Below, in pieces: positions 18,486 through 37,840 of a stretch of DNA of 64,000 bases. Below the pieces are notes generated by a model that saw nothing but the letters and a program-made list of their open reading frames with translations, had not been told where the DNA came from and did no database searches. This DNA is from Blastocystis sp. Blastoise. Its lineage: Eukaryota; Protista; Bigyra: Opalinata. How positions within the stretch are numbered: the first letter of the stretch is position 1; every line of letters begins with the position of its first letter. The position numbers and the translations under genes were made by a program. Location of the stretch: positions 1,054,001-1,118,000 of the forward strand of contig JBBPEB010000005.1 in NCBI GenBank assembly GCA_039096225.1. Direction: 5' to 3'.

Positions 18486-19417
18486 ATGGGTGTATGTTTA
18501 ATAGTGACTATATATGCTATTTATTATAGTACCCTAAAAATATGAAATTAATACATGGTATTGTTATCATGGATGATGAAGGTAGAGTTATTGTAAAGAA
18601 CTATTACTCTGATGAATTCAAGACAAAATCTGCTCAAGATGCCTTTGAGAAACGTCTCTTTGATAAATTTCATAATGGTGCATCAAAAGTTGAAGGTATC
18701 TATGTTATTTAAAATTATTTTGATATTTAACTCAGTTCTTATATTTTTATTTAACGTTATTTTATATTGGATTTAATTAATATATATAGTTTCTTTGGGA
18801 TTATTAGATAAATATATTATTCTTTCCAGAGCAGGAGCTGATATTACTATTTTCTTCCTTATTCCTGATAATCAAAATGAATTAATTGGCGTCGAAGCTT
18901 TAGATGGTTTTTATGAGGCTTTAAATATCTGCTTTAAGTATTTATATTATTATTATTCTGTTTTAATTATTTATAATTATGTTTTAAGTATTTATATTAT
19001 TATTATGTAATAAATAATTTTTTTTTGTTATAAATATTTATTTTTTTTGTTATAAGAATTTATTATTATGTTTTAAGTACTTATTATTATATTATAAGAA
19101 TATATTATTGTTATTATGTTATAACTATTTATTATTATTATTATGTTATAAGAATTTATTATTGTTATTATGTTTTAACTATTTACCTTAAATATATTCT
19201 TTATAAATTATATATATATATATATATATAGAGATAAGGTAGATAGAGCTGAATTATTAAAGCATATTCCTTATGTATATCTAGTCATGGATGAATTATG
19301 TGATAATGGGTATATATATATATACAATAATAGGACTATTAATATTATATATATAGTGTATTATGTGAAACCGATGCTGGTATTATTAATAAGAGAGTTG
19401 AAATGAAAGATAATTAA
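18486..19417 (+). CDS. COPZ1: Coatomer subunit zeta
   Basis: IVIMDDEGRVIVKNYY..SAQDAFEKRLFDK, QNELIGVEAL, LVMDELCDNGVLCETD; five in-phase exons. Confidence 0.88.
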
Positions 19418-19775
19418 ATGATTTTATTATTTTATTTCTATATTTTTATTATATTATTATATTTTATTCTTATTTTTCATGTTTTATTATACTCCAATTT
19501 ATGCATTTGTGATTTAATGTTGTAAATATTTATAATAATATATTTTGTATTTAATAAAATATACAGAATATATATTAATTTTCTTTTTAATAATGTCAAA
19601 AATAAATTAATGTATAGAAAAAAAATAAACAAAAAAGTATTCTTTCAAAAAAAATTACATTAAAAATGAATATAAAAATAGAATGGAGTTTTAAAGACAA
19701 AATAATTGAAATCTATATATAGAAACAATATATTCTTAGAAAAGAATAAATAAAAATAGTATAAATATATATAGT

Positions 19776-20013
19776 TTAATCTAAATTAGATTCATAACTT
19801 TCCAATATTAATTCGTTAGTTATAGAATCCATCGAATCAGATCGCTCCTTCTTTTGAGGAACTTCTTCAATCTTCTTTGTAATTTGTTCTTCTTTCTTTT
19901 TTAATAAATCATATATAGGCATCATAGAACGGATTATTGTAGATAAATATAATATCTATATATTTATTATTATTATAATATAAATATAAATATAAATATA
20001 AATATAAATATAA

Positions 20014-20044
<31 letters not shown>

Positions 20045-20591
20045 TACGGCATAAAACTCATTTGTTTTGGAAATAAGTGCATCTGATAATGATTCTATCT
20101 ATATTAATAATAATAATAATATATCTATATTATAATATATATAATAATAATGATGATAATATATATCTATATCTATATCTATATCTATATCTATATAATA
20201 ATAATAATATATATATATACTTGAAGATTTGGTAATAAATTCATGATATTTTGTATTTCATTAATAATATCGATATTATAATGACTCATGTCATTACTGA
20301 CGTCATCAAGATACTGTGATATTATATATAAACGATCACATAAACCTTTTAATGCAATAATCTTATCATGTATCTATATAATATTATATATTATTATTAT
20401 TATATATATACTATATATTATATCATTAAAAATAAAACTATATATATATATATAGAATACTTGTTCCGATAGAGAAGTTAGTGTAGTATTATTAATCCCT
20501 TTAAGCATATATTCAACACCTACTTCTTCTACAGGTAAGGATTCAATAGATACATTTAAATGACGAAACACTCTCTGCTTATCTTTACCAT

Positions 20592-20626
<35 letters not shown>

Positions 20627-21295
20627 GAGATATATTCTTTTGATATTTATTACAATAATAATTGTTATATATATATATAATACCTTAGTAGCTAATTCTT
20701 CGCTAATAAAAGCTTTAGCAGGTAAGTCACCAACATCATTATCAATATCAATAGTAACAAAAACCTATATAATAAATAGTATAATAATTATTATATTATA
20801 TACATAATAGTAATAATAAATATAATAATAATAATAACAATAATAAACATATACATAATAACAATAAACACAAACAGAATAAACATAATAATATAATATA
20901 TACAGGATTTGGTGTATAAGCATGAAGCATGGCGTCTATTTCTAAATCTAAAGGTAAAGCTTTAGGATTTGAACTGTAAAAACCGACAACTTTTTCCGTG
21001 ACATTAACTCTAGTCATTAATTCTTTCATTTTTTCAAGATAATCAAAATCGATATACCAAACACCTTGTTGTGAGTCTTCATCAAAAGGAACTATACATA
21101 TAAAAAGAATTAAGAAAATCAACAATAATATAAAATACCAGCAAAGGAAGAAGTACAGTCAACTACACCATTCTTGATACTTCCAAGTAAAATACCAACA
21201 ACACGATGATTTGATATTTTACTTAAACGAACGATGTGATCTGTAGCACTTAATAAAACTAAGGGGTGAACAATAACGGATTCAATCTTCTCCAT
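19776..21295 (-). CDS. PSMD7: 26S proteasome lid subunit RPN8 (MPN domain)
   Basis: [62 protein letters not shown]. Confidence 0.95.
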
Positions 21296-21595
21296 AAGAA
21301 ATATTTAATATATATCTAACAATTATTATAGGGATTTGATACAAGTCAATAATATAAAAAGAAGTTTAGAAATTAAGAAAAAATGAAATTCCCTTAAGAA
21401 TATGAATAAAACTAGAGACTATTTATGAAAACTTACGATTATCGCTTATTGACTTCACTTGATACAAAAACTCGGTTTTTATTATAAACAGTATCCCATC
21501 CAACAATTGTTCATATTATTTAAATAATGCCATATTCTATGCATTTGAGTTTCTTCAAAATAAATAATATATAAAAGTCGAATCATTCAAGATAA

Positions 21596-22860
21596 ATGTC
21601 ACTTGATTCACAGCAATTTGATGACTTTATTGTTCTTGATGAGGATTATGAGCATGAATATGAACCTAATGATGAAGAAATACTAAAAGAAGCAGAATGG
21701 ATAGGAATACAACCAAAACTTGAGCCACAACTTCTTTGGATAGCCAAAGATGCTTTGAAAGTATTTTATAGATATATAGATACTTACTAGAGAAATTCTG
21801 TAGGCTCCATTACCAGAACCATGGAAGCCGTGTCAATTAAAAAGCAATGGAGACATATTTTATTTGAATCCAGAGACTGGAGAACGTATGTGGGATCATC
21901 CATGCGACACATACTTCAAACATTTATATATGACATTAAAAAATAAAAATAACAAAACTGAAGATAAACCTGTATTTTTCATGTTTTTTTTAGTGTCTTT
22001 TAATAAATGTTTATATATATATATCTTTTTATATTATTAGAATCATCGAACACCAAATTCTCAAGTTTATACTCATTGTATGTTATTCTATATATATATA
22101 AATATATATATATAGTAAATCATACATATGATCTTGGGCAGTCTTCTACTACTCCTTCTAATGTATATAGTATAGTTATATATATAGATATAGTGTTTAT
22201 ATTATATTATGTATATTAATAGTTATATATATAGATATAGTGTTTATATTATATTATGTATATTAATAATTATATATATAGATATATAGTATTTATTTAT
22301 TATATTATGTATATTAATGATTATATATATAGATATATAGTATCTATTTATTATATTATGTATATTAATGATTATACATATATATAGACAAGACCCATGC
22401 GATCTTTTTCTTACCACGAAGACATTAAAAAAGATACAAGTGTATATATATATTATTTTTATTGTTGTATATTTTATTATACATAATAATAATTATAAGT
22501 ATAATAATAATTATGATAATAATAAGTATAATACTATATATATATATAGTCCTTTGATGCCTCGTTAGTAATTGATATGCAGTTATTGAAATTATCACAC
22601 GATATTGCTTCTTTAAGAGAAAATGTGCAAAACCACGGTTATAATGATATTGTATGAAGCATACTTATTACTAGTAGAGATATATAAATATATGTTTGTT
22701 TCTATATATAATCCATTCTCCTTCATTCTTTGTTTTATACATATTTCTCTGTTTTTTAGTATGTATATATAAAGATACTATGATCATCATATATATGTAG
22801 GATTCTACATATATATCAAACTCAATAAATAAAATAGATTCAATTGTTCAAAAATGTATT

Positions 22861-22944
<84 letters not shown>

Positions 22945-23016
22945 GACTCCTGAATCTCCATCAAAACACAAAGAAACACAAACCCCACATTCACATGTTT
23001 ATAAACAACAAAATCA

Positions 23017-23099
<83 letters not shown>

Positions 23100-23437
23100 A
23101 AAATAATAAAGTAAATATATATATATATATATTCATATATATCAATAGCCAATGTAATAGTCATTATTTAGTTTTAAAAATTGAACAAAACTCAAATAGA
23201 CTAAAACATATTAATAAGTATATTCCTTTTATTTAACATATATATATATATATATATTATTTTTAAAATAATGATAATGCTTCTATATAAATAATGATAT
23301 ATTATAATATATATATATATATTTCTTCTAGAAAACTTCAATGTGTTAAAGATCAATTTCGTAATAATTTGAGTCATTTGACACTAATCAGAGAAGAACT
23401 TTTGGGGCTTCCTGGAATAAAAAATATCAATAATTAG
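21596..23437 (+). CDS. Short CEP164-like protein (N-terminal WW domain); 3' exons uncertain
   Basis: [64 protein letters not shown] matches the CEP164 N-terminal WW region. Junctions after 22850 are ambiguous. Confidence 0.75.
22165..22388. repeat. Intronic minisatellite (~40-50 bp unit, TATTATGTATATTAAT..ATATATATAGATATAG)
   Basis: About four degenerate tandem copies are directly visible. Confidence 0.75.
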
Positions 23438-23948
23438 AATTATTATTTGCTTTTATTATTATTCTATGAAAAAATCTAATGAATTCACATTAAATTTCAT
23501 TTTTTTTTTTACAATTCTAGATCTAGTTTCGTATGATATAAACAATTGTTGAATACATTATTTAGTATGGTCATATAAATTATATACCTTTTATTACTTA
23601 TGAATTACTATTGCAAATAATAAATTATATTTTAGATTATTTTATGTAAATAGATTTATATTCATAATTTAAAATCTTTATCGTTGAATAATGTAGTAAA
23701 ATAAAGAAATGAAAAAAATTGAAATATTTTTTACTTGTCTTTTTATAAAACTAGAAAACATTAATACGAACACAAACAAATATATATAAATAATAATACC
23801 ATATATTCATAGAAAAAAGAAAAGAAGAAAAAGAATTATCAAAAATTTAAAATAAGGAGGAATTGTTTGCACTTTATTGAATAGAATAAGCAATCGTTAT
23901 CAATAATTCAAAATAGAATATGTTTTTTAAAATATAATCACGAATCAC

Positions 23949-24673
23949 TTAAAACGTCATTTTGTTGAATAATGAATTTATATTCTTTTGCTTTTTCCAA
24001 CATCGTTCTGCTAATGTGAAAATTGCTTCTGTTGCTATTTTTTGAGATTGAATATTCTATATATATAAATGATTATTTTGTATAAAAATTAACTAGTATT
24101 TAATATTCATACAATGGATTCACAATAAAAAACATGAAGATATAAGGGTTGTACAATTTCACGTAAATCACTTATAGGAAATGTGAATGATGATGTCTGC
24201 TTACCTAAAATAAATGTGAATGTAGTGGATTAAAACAACATAGAAATATATATAAATATAATATATTCTTACTGTTGAATACAACAACACATATCCTTTG
24301 ATTTAAATAAGAATCAGATAATTGTTGTATGGTGTTTTTAAAGAATTCAAAACTCATTTGATTATCCATAGAAACTAGAATGACGATATATTCAATTCTT
24401 GGTCTATTTGGATTCTCTGGTAATGGATAACTAGTGGATACACGACTAAATTTCATAAAAGAGCAACATATATATATATGATTATTATAAAATACATCTT
24501 ATGCAAGTATTCTGTATCAAAATCAGCAAGAAATTTAATAAAAGGTGTTGACTTGATTAATGTTGCTGTCCCCAAAACCTATATGAATAATAAACCATTA
24601 TTTCTATTATATATACGAGTATATTCAACTCATCATAAGATGGTAACTCATTAAATAAATCAAGGGAAGACAT
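23949..24673 (-). CDS. CENPM: Centromere protein M (CCAN pseudo-GTPase)
   Basis: Five exons give MSSLDLFNELPSYDELNILVLGT...VSTSYPLPENPNRPRIEYIVILVSMDNQMSF...YLNQRICVV...VFYCE. This is colinear with the CENP-M signature SLPLP...NRPRID.IVF and of similar length (~170 aa). Confidence 0.82.
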
Positions 24674-25270
24674 GTTTATAATATTTTAAAAATATTTTTG
24701 GGAGGAAACATGAATAAAAGCCAAAAAACATAAATTCTACTGTGAATTTTAAACTTTTTTTTTCTGAATAGTTATATTGATTCCATTGTTGTATGCTTTA
24801 AATGTGTTTAGCGTGTTTGAAAGATCATAAGATAGCTGATGAGCTATATCTTCTTTGCTATGATGTGTGATGTGAAATATACCATTCTTATAGTTGCTTA
24901 TTTTGTTTGTATTTAACACAATGATTGATATACAAATATCATTTGGGTATCTTTTCACTAATTGTGTAATTCTTCAACAAAGGTTACTCCTAATCAAATT
25001 TGTTTTTATTGGATATATATTATAAATTCTTTACGAAATGTTTTTATTTACTATTTCCATACTACTGACACCTAATTCACCATAAAAAGCAAAATAAAAA
25101 ATAATTGAGGATCCGAATACTTTTAATTAAACACAAGAATTTGTATAAGTAGAGATATCGGGACATCACTTCCAAAATAAAAACTTTAATCCTAACAAAA
25201 CTATTATTATCATGTCTCTAAAATGATAAAAACAAAAAATTTTCTATTCCTCTTTTTTGTAACATACAAT

Positions 25271-31104
<5,834 letters not shown>

Positions 31105-31984
31105 TCAACCAATTATATACTTTTTTTAAATATTTTCTTATATATATATATTTATTATTTATTTAAAAAATTTTTATTAGCTTTCTCTCTTTTCTTTTCT
31201 TCTTTTTATATCTATTTAATATGACATTTATATTTTTATGTCAATTTTATTTTTTGATTTCTTATATATGAATATTTCACCTATCAACTTTTTTTTTCTT
31301 CTATTTCTATTGTATTACAGCGATTTTTACGTTGATCCTCTCTATTTCACATTTTACTCTTTTATGATCTTACTAAATATATTCTATATTTTATTTATTT
31401 TTCAATTATATATATATTTCTGATTGTGTGTATATTTTTGTGTAAAACAGTCTTTTTTTTTATTATTCATTCTGTTTCTTTTTCTTTTTTCTTTCTTATT
31501 ATTATCATACCTTGGATACAACATATACAATATATATACTCCTAAAAAAGGACTTGATTATCTATTTTCAGCTTTTATTTTTCACGATTTTGTTTTTCTT
31601 GATTATTTGTTTATTTTTATAATGATTATTCTCTCTTCACATTGTTATAAAACCATCGCTATATTTAATACACATTTGATTTCAACAATTTTTGCACAAA
31701 AAATATATATATATTTTGATAATCAAAAAAATGTTTTTATATATTGTTGCTATTAAATCATAATTGTTAATTAAATACATTGAAGTACTTTTTACAATAA
31801 GTATATAATGTAATCTGGTAAAATGAATAAAGAAAAGCAAATGTTCCATTTTGCTGGAATTTCTTTAGGAATCTATTAAGAGAATTTCTTAATTTTTCTT
31901 AAAGAGAAAAAGATACAACTTGCTAAAAAAACGTATAGTGCCTTAAAAGTGGCATTCATTATTAGTTAATCTTGTTGTGACCGA

Positions 31985-33561
31985 ATGTCAATTGAACAGC
32001 CTCTTCGAAGTATTTCAGAAATACTTTCTTTGATGGAAGTGCCTTCTAATGACATGGAGACTCAAAACACATATGTACTTTTGTTTAAAGAATATATGTT
32101 TGTAATATATTACTTAGTTAAAACATTTTCATCAACAATCTAATTGGGATTGTGGACCCATGTCTTTATGGATGGTCTTGTAAGTTGTCTAAATATTTTC
32201 TAATAGCATTTAATTTAATCTTTAAACTATTTTATGATTTAATATATTATATAGATATGATATAATGCAAGCTTCTGGAAAGTCTGTTGATTATTCAGAG
32301 TTTTTATCATCATTTCAAGCAGATATTTCTCAAGGTTTATGGTCTATAGATATGGCTTATATATTAAAACGATATAATGTGAAGTATTTGTTGTATACTT
32401 TTTTTAACTATATTTTAGTTTTGTATTTTATACGTCATGTACGAAACCCTCCTTTGAAGCATATTCTGCATTTAGCTTCTATAATGTATATTTATTATGT
32501 TTAATATATTATTATGTTTATATTTTTTATTTATTTTATTTATTATTATGTTTATTATTATGTTTATTATGTTTATTATTATTTTATTATTATCATATTT
32601 ATTATTATGTTTATTATTATGTTTATTATGTTTATTATTAATTTATTATTATCATATTTATTATTATCATATTTATTATTATGTTTAATATTATATAGTC
32701 CAGTACAAATGAAGAAATCATAAGAATTCGATCTCTTTTCGCTAAAGCTATTGAAAATAATATACATATACTCAATGTATGTCTATATATAAAATTATAT
32801 ATATATATATATATTCATTATTATTTTTATTATTTATATGAATATAATTCTTTTAGAACTAATTAGGATATTTTAAATATATTAATATTATATATATATA
32901 GATAAAACTGTCTCTATCTATATTAAAGAAAGTAGTGTGCTTAAAAGGAATAGTAGCTATTGTTATAGTAGATGTACATGAATTAAATCATTCACTATTC
33001 TATAGCTGTGTATATTATATATTATTCTATTTATTATTCTATTTTTATTATTCTTTTTATTATTCTATATATTATTCTATTTCTTATTCTCTTTATTATT
33101 CTCTTTATTACTATATATATTATCTGCAAAATAGTAATAATAATTATTATTATATAGTGTGCTTCTTCATTTGTTGGTCATTATATCATTCTTACTTACT
33201 ACGATGAACAAAAAGATGTATTTTACGTGAAAGATCCAGGCTCTTATAAAAGTATATATATGTATATATTATATAAGTTTATTTTAATTATATATATATC
33301 AATATTACATATATAATATGAAATATGGATTCTTTAATATTATTATTATCATTATTATTTATGTTTAATTTTATATATATGCATATCTATATTTTCTCAA
33401 ATTATTCTTATCATTCATAGCTATACAATATACTATTATATATGCCATTGTTATACTTTATATATATAGAAACACGTTATATATCATCGAAACGAATTGA
33501 AACCGCCAGATCCATGCCGGGAACGGATGACGACCTATTTCTCATCTCTATTAACCACTAA
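31985..33561 (+). CDS. GUCD1: GUCD1-like (peptidase C39-like fold)
   Basis: HQQSNWDCGP, LWSIDMAYILKRY, FVGHYIIL..YD, ARSMPGTDDDL. Confidence 0.9.
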
Positions 33562-34326
33562 AACTATTTTTATCACGTGATCCTTTAGATTTAGTTGTTC
33601 CATATATATATAACTATTACCTATATACACTGTATCATATTTCAATTCTACCTTCTTTTTTTTTGTGTTTTCCATTTATTTATTTTCCAATTATTCTTTT
33701 TTGACTTGTATATTTTCCAATTATTCTTCTTTTTTCTTTTTCTCTTCTGTTATTGTTTCTCTTGATAAGTCCCATTTTCATATTCATATGCTATTATTAT
33801 TCTTAATCTGCATTATTTTACGATCATATTGATTTCTCATTATGTTTTTATTTTAATTTAATTTCTTGTTTTCTTATTCATATTCTATCTCTTTTTCTTC
33901 TTTTTTCTCAATTTTTTCTATCTCTTCTTTTTTAAATATTCTTATATAGTAATATCTTCTGTTTTTATCCTATATTCTCTATTTAGTTTTGAAAAACGTA
34001 TTTTGACAGAAATTGAGATTTTGTATTTTTTTCTATGGTTTCTCATATTTTATAGCGTTATGTGAATAATCTCGTGAATGTTTTCATTTTTTTAGGTGCT
34101 TTAATTTAAAAGACAAATTATAATAGACTCAGTATCTATTATAAAAACACTGAATAACTCTTTAAACTAATTTATTATATACTCAATAATACTGTACAAT
34201 AGAATCCCGAAATATTTATAACTTTAAAAAAAATTCCCTCTTTTGCATTATCATTTTCTTCAAATAATTTTTTTTATTACCACCTCAAAACCAATTATTT
34301 TTGTTCTCTATATCCTAGTGAATATT

Positions 34327-35709
34327 ATGGATATTGATATGTCCTTTCTTGACTCTATAATAACTAATTGTGAAACTCAATTAGATTCAGTTTTTGATAT
34401 ACAAGAAAGCTCTACAAAGCAAGATAATTCTATTTATCATATGCTTTCCGATTGTATTCGTGATTTACTGAGTGACTCAAAAAAAACAAGTAATTTTTTA
34501 TATAAGAAATCAGCATTATTTCGTTTAGATTTTGATCAATCAAATGGTGTCATTGATATATCTGATTCTTTAGAAGATATTGATTGCGATAGCTCGTTAC
34601 TAAAAGATTTTGAGCAAATGAGTCAGTACATTTGTCAGTATAAATCGAAATATAATGTATGTTATTGGTTTATTGGAAATATATTTTATTAGGAAATGGA
34701 ATCTATGTATCATCGTAAAAGTAAAGAATGTCAACTATTACAAGAATCTTTACAAAGCATTCAAACAAAATATGATTTAATAAAAGAAAACTTTGAATCA
34801 ATACTTTATAAAACCGAAGAAATGAATGATACTAGTTATAAAGAAAAAGAAAAACTCTCCAATACTTATGAAACATTAAAAAAGTATTATTATTGATGTA
34901 TTTATATATTTTTACTACAATTATGTTTATTATTATTATATAATATATTTTCTATTCATAGTATGCAGAAAGAGAAACAAGTCTGTGAGGAAACTATAAA
35001 ACAACTTAATAATACTATCCAGTTAAAAGTAATATAGAAACAATAATAACATCATATATATAGGATATGGAACTTAATATGATTAAAGAGCTTCAAAGTA
35101 TATATCTATTCAATAATTAAATACTTATTCATATACATAACAGTATAATTGTTTTCATTTAAATAATTCTATAAAGATCAATTCTAGATCAATTATAAAT
35201 ATATCGAAATAAATTGTTTTATCCATAGAAAACTTTATGAATGATCAAAAAGGAATTAACGAATCAATTCAACGTTCATTAGAGACACTAAAGTCGCAAT
35301 ATATAAATACAGATAAAAAATTAATTCATGCATTAAAAGAAAATAATCGACTATCCAAACAAATTGAGTCCATAAAACAGAAAGTATTTCTTATCACTCA
35401 TGAATAATTACTCTTTTATTCATTATTTTTATCGAATATCCATATTGTATTACATATAAATATTCATATACAGCATGAGAACCAATTGATTGGAATGAAT
35501 TCAATAGCAAAAGTGGATAATCAAAGCCAATATCAAAAGATGCAGGTATGTTTTCATTATGTTATGTATATATATTGATATATAACATTTCTTCTATAGA
35601 TAAAAACACTTCAACAGGTATATAAATCTATAGTATATTATAAAATATTATAATGTAGGAAATCCAATTTTTAAAAAGAAAGTTAAGAACATATGAAGAA
35701 CGAAAATAA
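34327..35709 (+). CDS. Coiled-coil protein, unknown function
   Basis: Eight in-phase GT-AG exons including an 18-nt micro-exon; E/K/Q/L heptad-rich; stop at 35707-35709. Confidence 0.75.
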
Positions 35710-35844
35710 TGTATATTACTGACTATAGACTTGTTTTGTTAAATAATTCAACATAAAACAACGAGAAAAATTTCATGTGTTTTGATTGTGTTTTAATTTA
35801 TAGTTATTATTTCGTATAATAACAGAAATCATAACAAATATCGA

Positions 35845-35917
35845 TCCCATGTAGTCTAGCCGGTTAGGATAGCGGGTTTTCACCTCGCCGACCCGGGTTC
35901 GAGTCCCGGCATGGGAA
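35845..35917 (+). tRNA. tRNA-Glu (anticodon TTC)
   Basis: Acceptor TCCCATG/CATGGGA plus A; anticodon arm GCGGG-TT TTC AC-CTCGC; T arm CCGGG-TTCGAGT-CCCGG; T-run terminator immediately downstream. Confidence 0.97.
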
Positions 35918-36056
35918 TATTTTTAATTTTTAAAAATATTCTTACTACAAATTATATTTTGTTAGAAAGATCGATTTTTTATGTATAAAAGAACAAAACC
36001 CAGTCATTTAGTTTCTTTACATTACATATGTTTTTATTACACAATTAGTTGAATGT

Positions 36057-37472
36057 TTATATTCCTTTGAAGAAGAGTAGGTCTTCTTTAAGATCTTGTT
36101 GTTTGCCTTCATTGTCCTTATATATACCACCATGAATCTTTGAGAATGGCATAAATACAGCACAATTACAACTAGTGAGGAAGAGAGAGGCCATGAAGGA
36201 GAGTTCTAATATATAGATATATAAAAGCAATAAATACATAATAAAAATGAATATATATAATCGAAATGAATAAACAAATAAAAAAAAAATATATATATAT
36301 ATATACCAGTAAATAATAATGTTTTTTGCCATGAGTAGAAGGCCATATTAAATCGTGTTTCGAAGGGTTTCATAAGTAGAATAGGAAGTGTATATTGTGA
36401 AAAACCTAATAAGAAACGAGAAATACCAACCTATACATATACATTATATGTATATATATATATATTTATTGATATAAGAATTTTATTAATATATATATAA
36501 TGTATATAAATAGGTAAAATACTTCGGATGCCGCCATTGTTGCCGCGCGTTTCGACGTTCCTTTTATTTGTAAGTAATCATCAAATATAGGTAAGCCATT
36601 TCTATATAGAAAATCTTATTAATCTTATCCATGTATATGTATATATATTATTAATAATAATAAAAGTATTAAAACATATATATATTTATATATATATACT
36701 TAAGAGAGTCTCTTCTACACCAAATACTGCCAATAGCCGCGGGAATCCCAATAATACAAGTGGTTAATAAATAATATCCAAATTTAAAGCGATTTGTACG
36801 AGGTAGTAACTATATATATATAAATAATAATAAGTATATTAATATATCAGTATAATAAGAAGAAGAATATTAATTACAAAAAGGAGAGTAATAATAAGCA
36901 AAATATGCAAAAAAAACATAAATATAATAAATAAAATAAATAATAATAATGAAAATAATAATAAACATAATAATAATGAAAAAATGGAATTGATGTTAAG
37001 AATTAAAAATTTCATATATATATACAGCTGCAAGACCAGTAGAGATACCCGATAAGCATAGGGATTCAACGAGTTCTGTTAATAATTGTTTTTCTTTTGA
37101 TTCTGATTTATATCCAGGATATTGAATATAATTGAAATGTTGAAGTAAATAATTAATACCGACTTGACAAACATAGAATTGCCCAAGTAATCTTTTTTCT
37201 ATTGCTCTATAAGCAAAGAAAGGAAACACTTGTGTAGCTAGTGGAAAATCACTCCATCTATAAAGACGATCTATAAGAGTTTCTTCAGAATCATTTTTCA
37301 AAGGAAGAACAACAATGTTCATATAAGCATGCTTATAGGCTTTCTTGAAGTCTCCCCAATGTTTTTTAGCCCAAGGTATGTTTTGAACTTGAACTGGTTC
37401 TGTAGGAATCGCAATGAGATCATCTTCTTGTGGTATATTTTGTTGTTCTGGTTTGTTATTATCTTCACTCAT
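36057..37472 (-). CDS. Divergent sideroflexin (mitochondrial/MRO inner-membrane transporter)
   Basis: RRDSLKNGLPIFDDYLQIKGTSKRAATMAASEVGISR and terminal FFKGI* parallel the sideroflexin R..EL..GI..D....G.S..AA..A...V..SR and FNKGL motifs. Confidence 0.75.
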
Positions 37473-37840
37473 TATTTCCCTTCTATTATTTCGACAAAAG
37501 AAATCAATCAAATGAAAAATAATTTGTAAACAAAAAATTTACCAAAATTATCATCTTATTTTATTATTCTTTTATATAATTTCATAATTTATTTATATTA
37601 AAAAACAAAAAATTCTTTGTTACATATATAAGATCCTATACTACAATTAAATCAAACAAAACAATGAATAACGTTTATTATTTAATCTCACAAGATAACA
37701 AATAATTATATAATAAATAAAACAATATATAATACTTTGCATTTAAAAATGCATGATAAAAAACAAAAACAAAAAATAAGGGTATAAACAAACGAAATGT
37801 TGATGTCACAGTAAAACAAAAAGTAAGAAAAAAAGAAAAT

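Noticed and set aside
24749-25060. Possible small SRP9-like gene upstream of CENP-M
   Set aside because: The 69-codon ORF has an in-frame TGA just upstream and no consistent start or splice model; similarity is only impressionistic.
35845-35917. tRNA-Sec/opal suppressor (TCA visible in the loop)
   Set aside because: Stem pairing centres TTC in the 7-nt loop; short variable arm; typical Glu acceptor stem.
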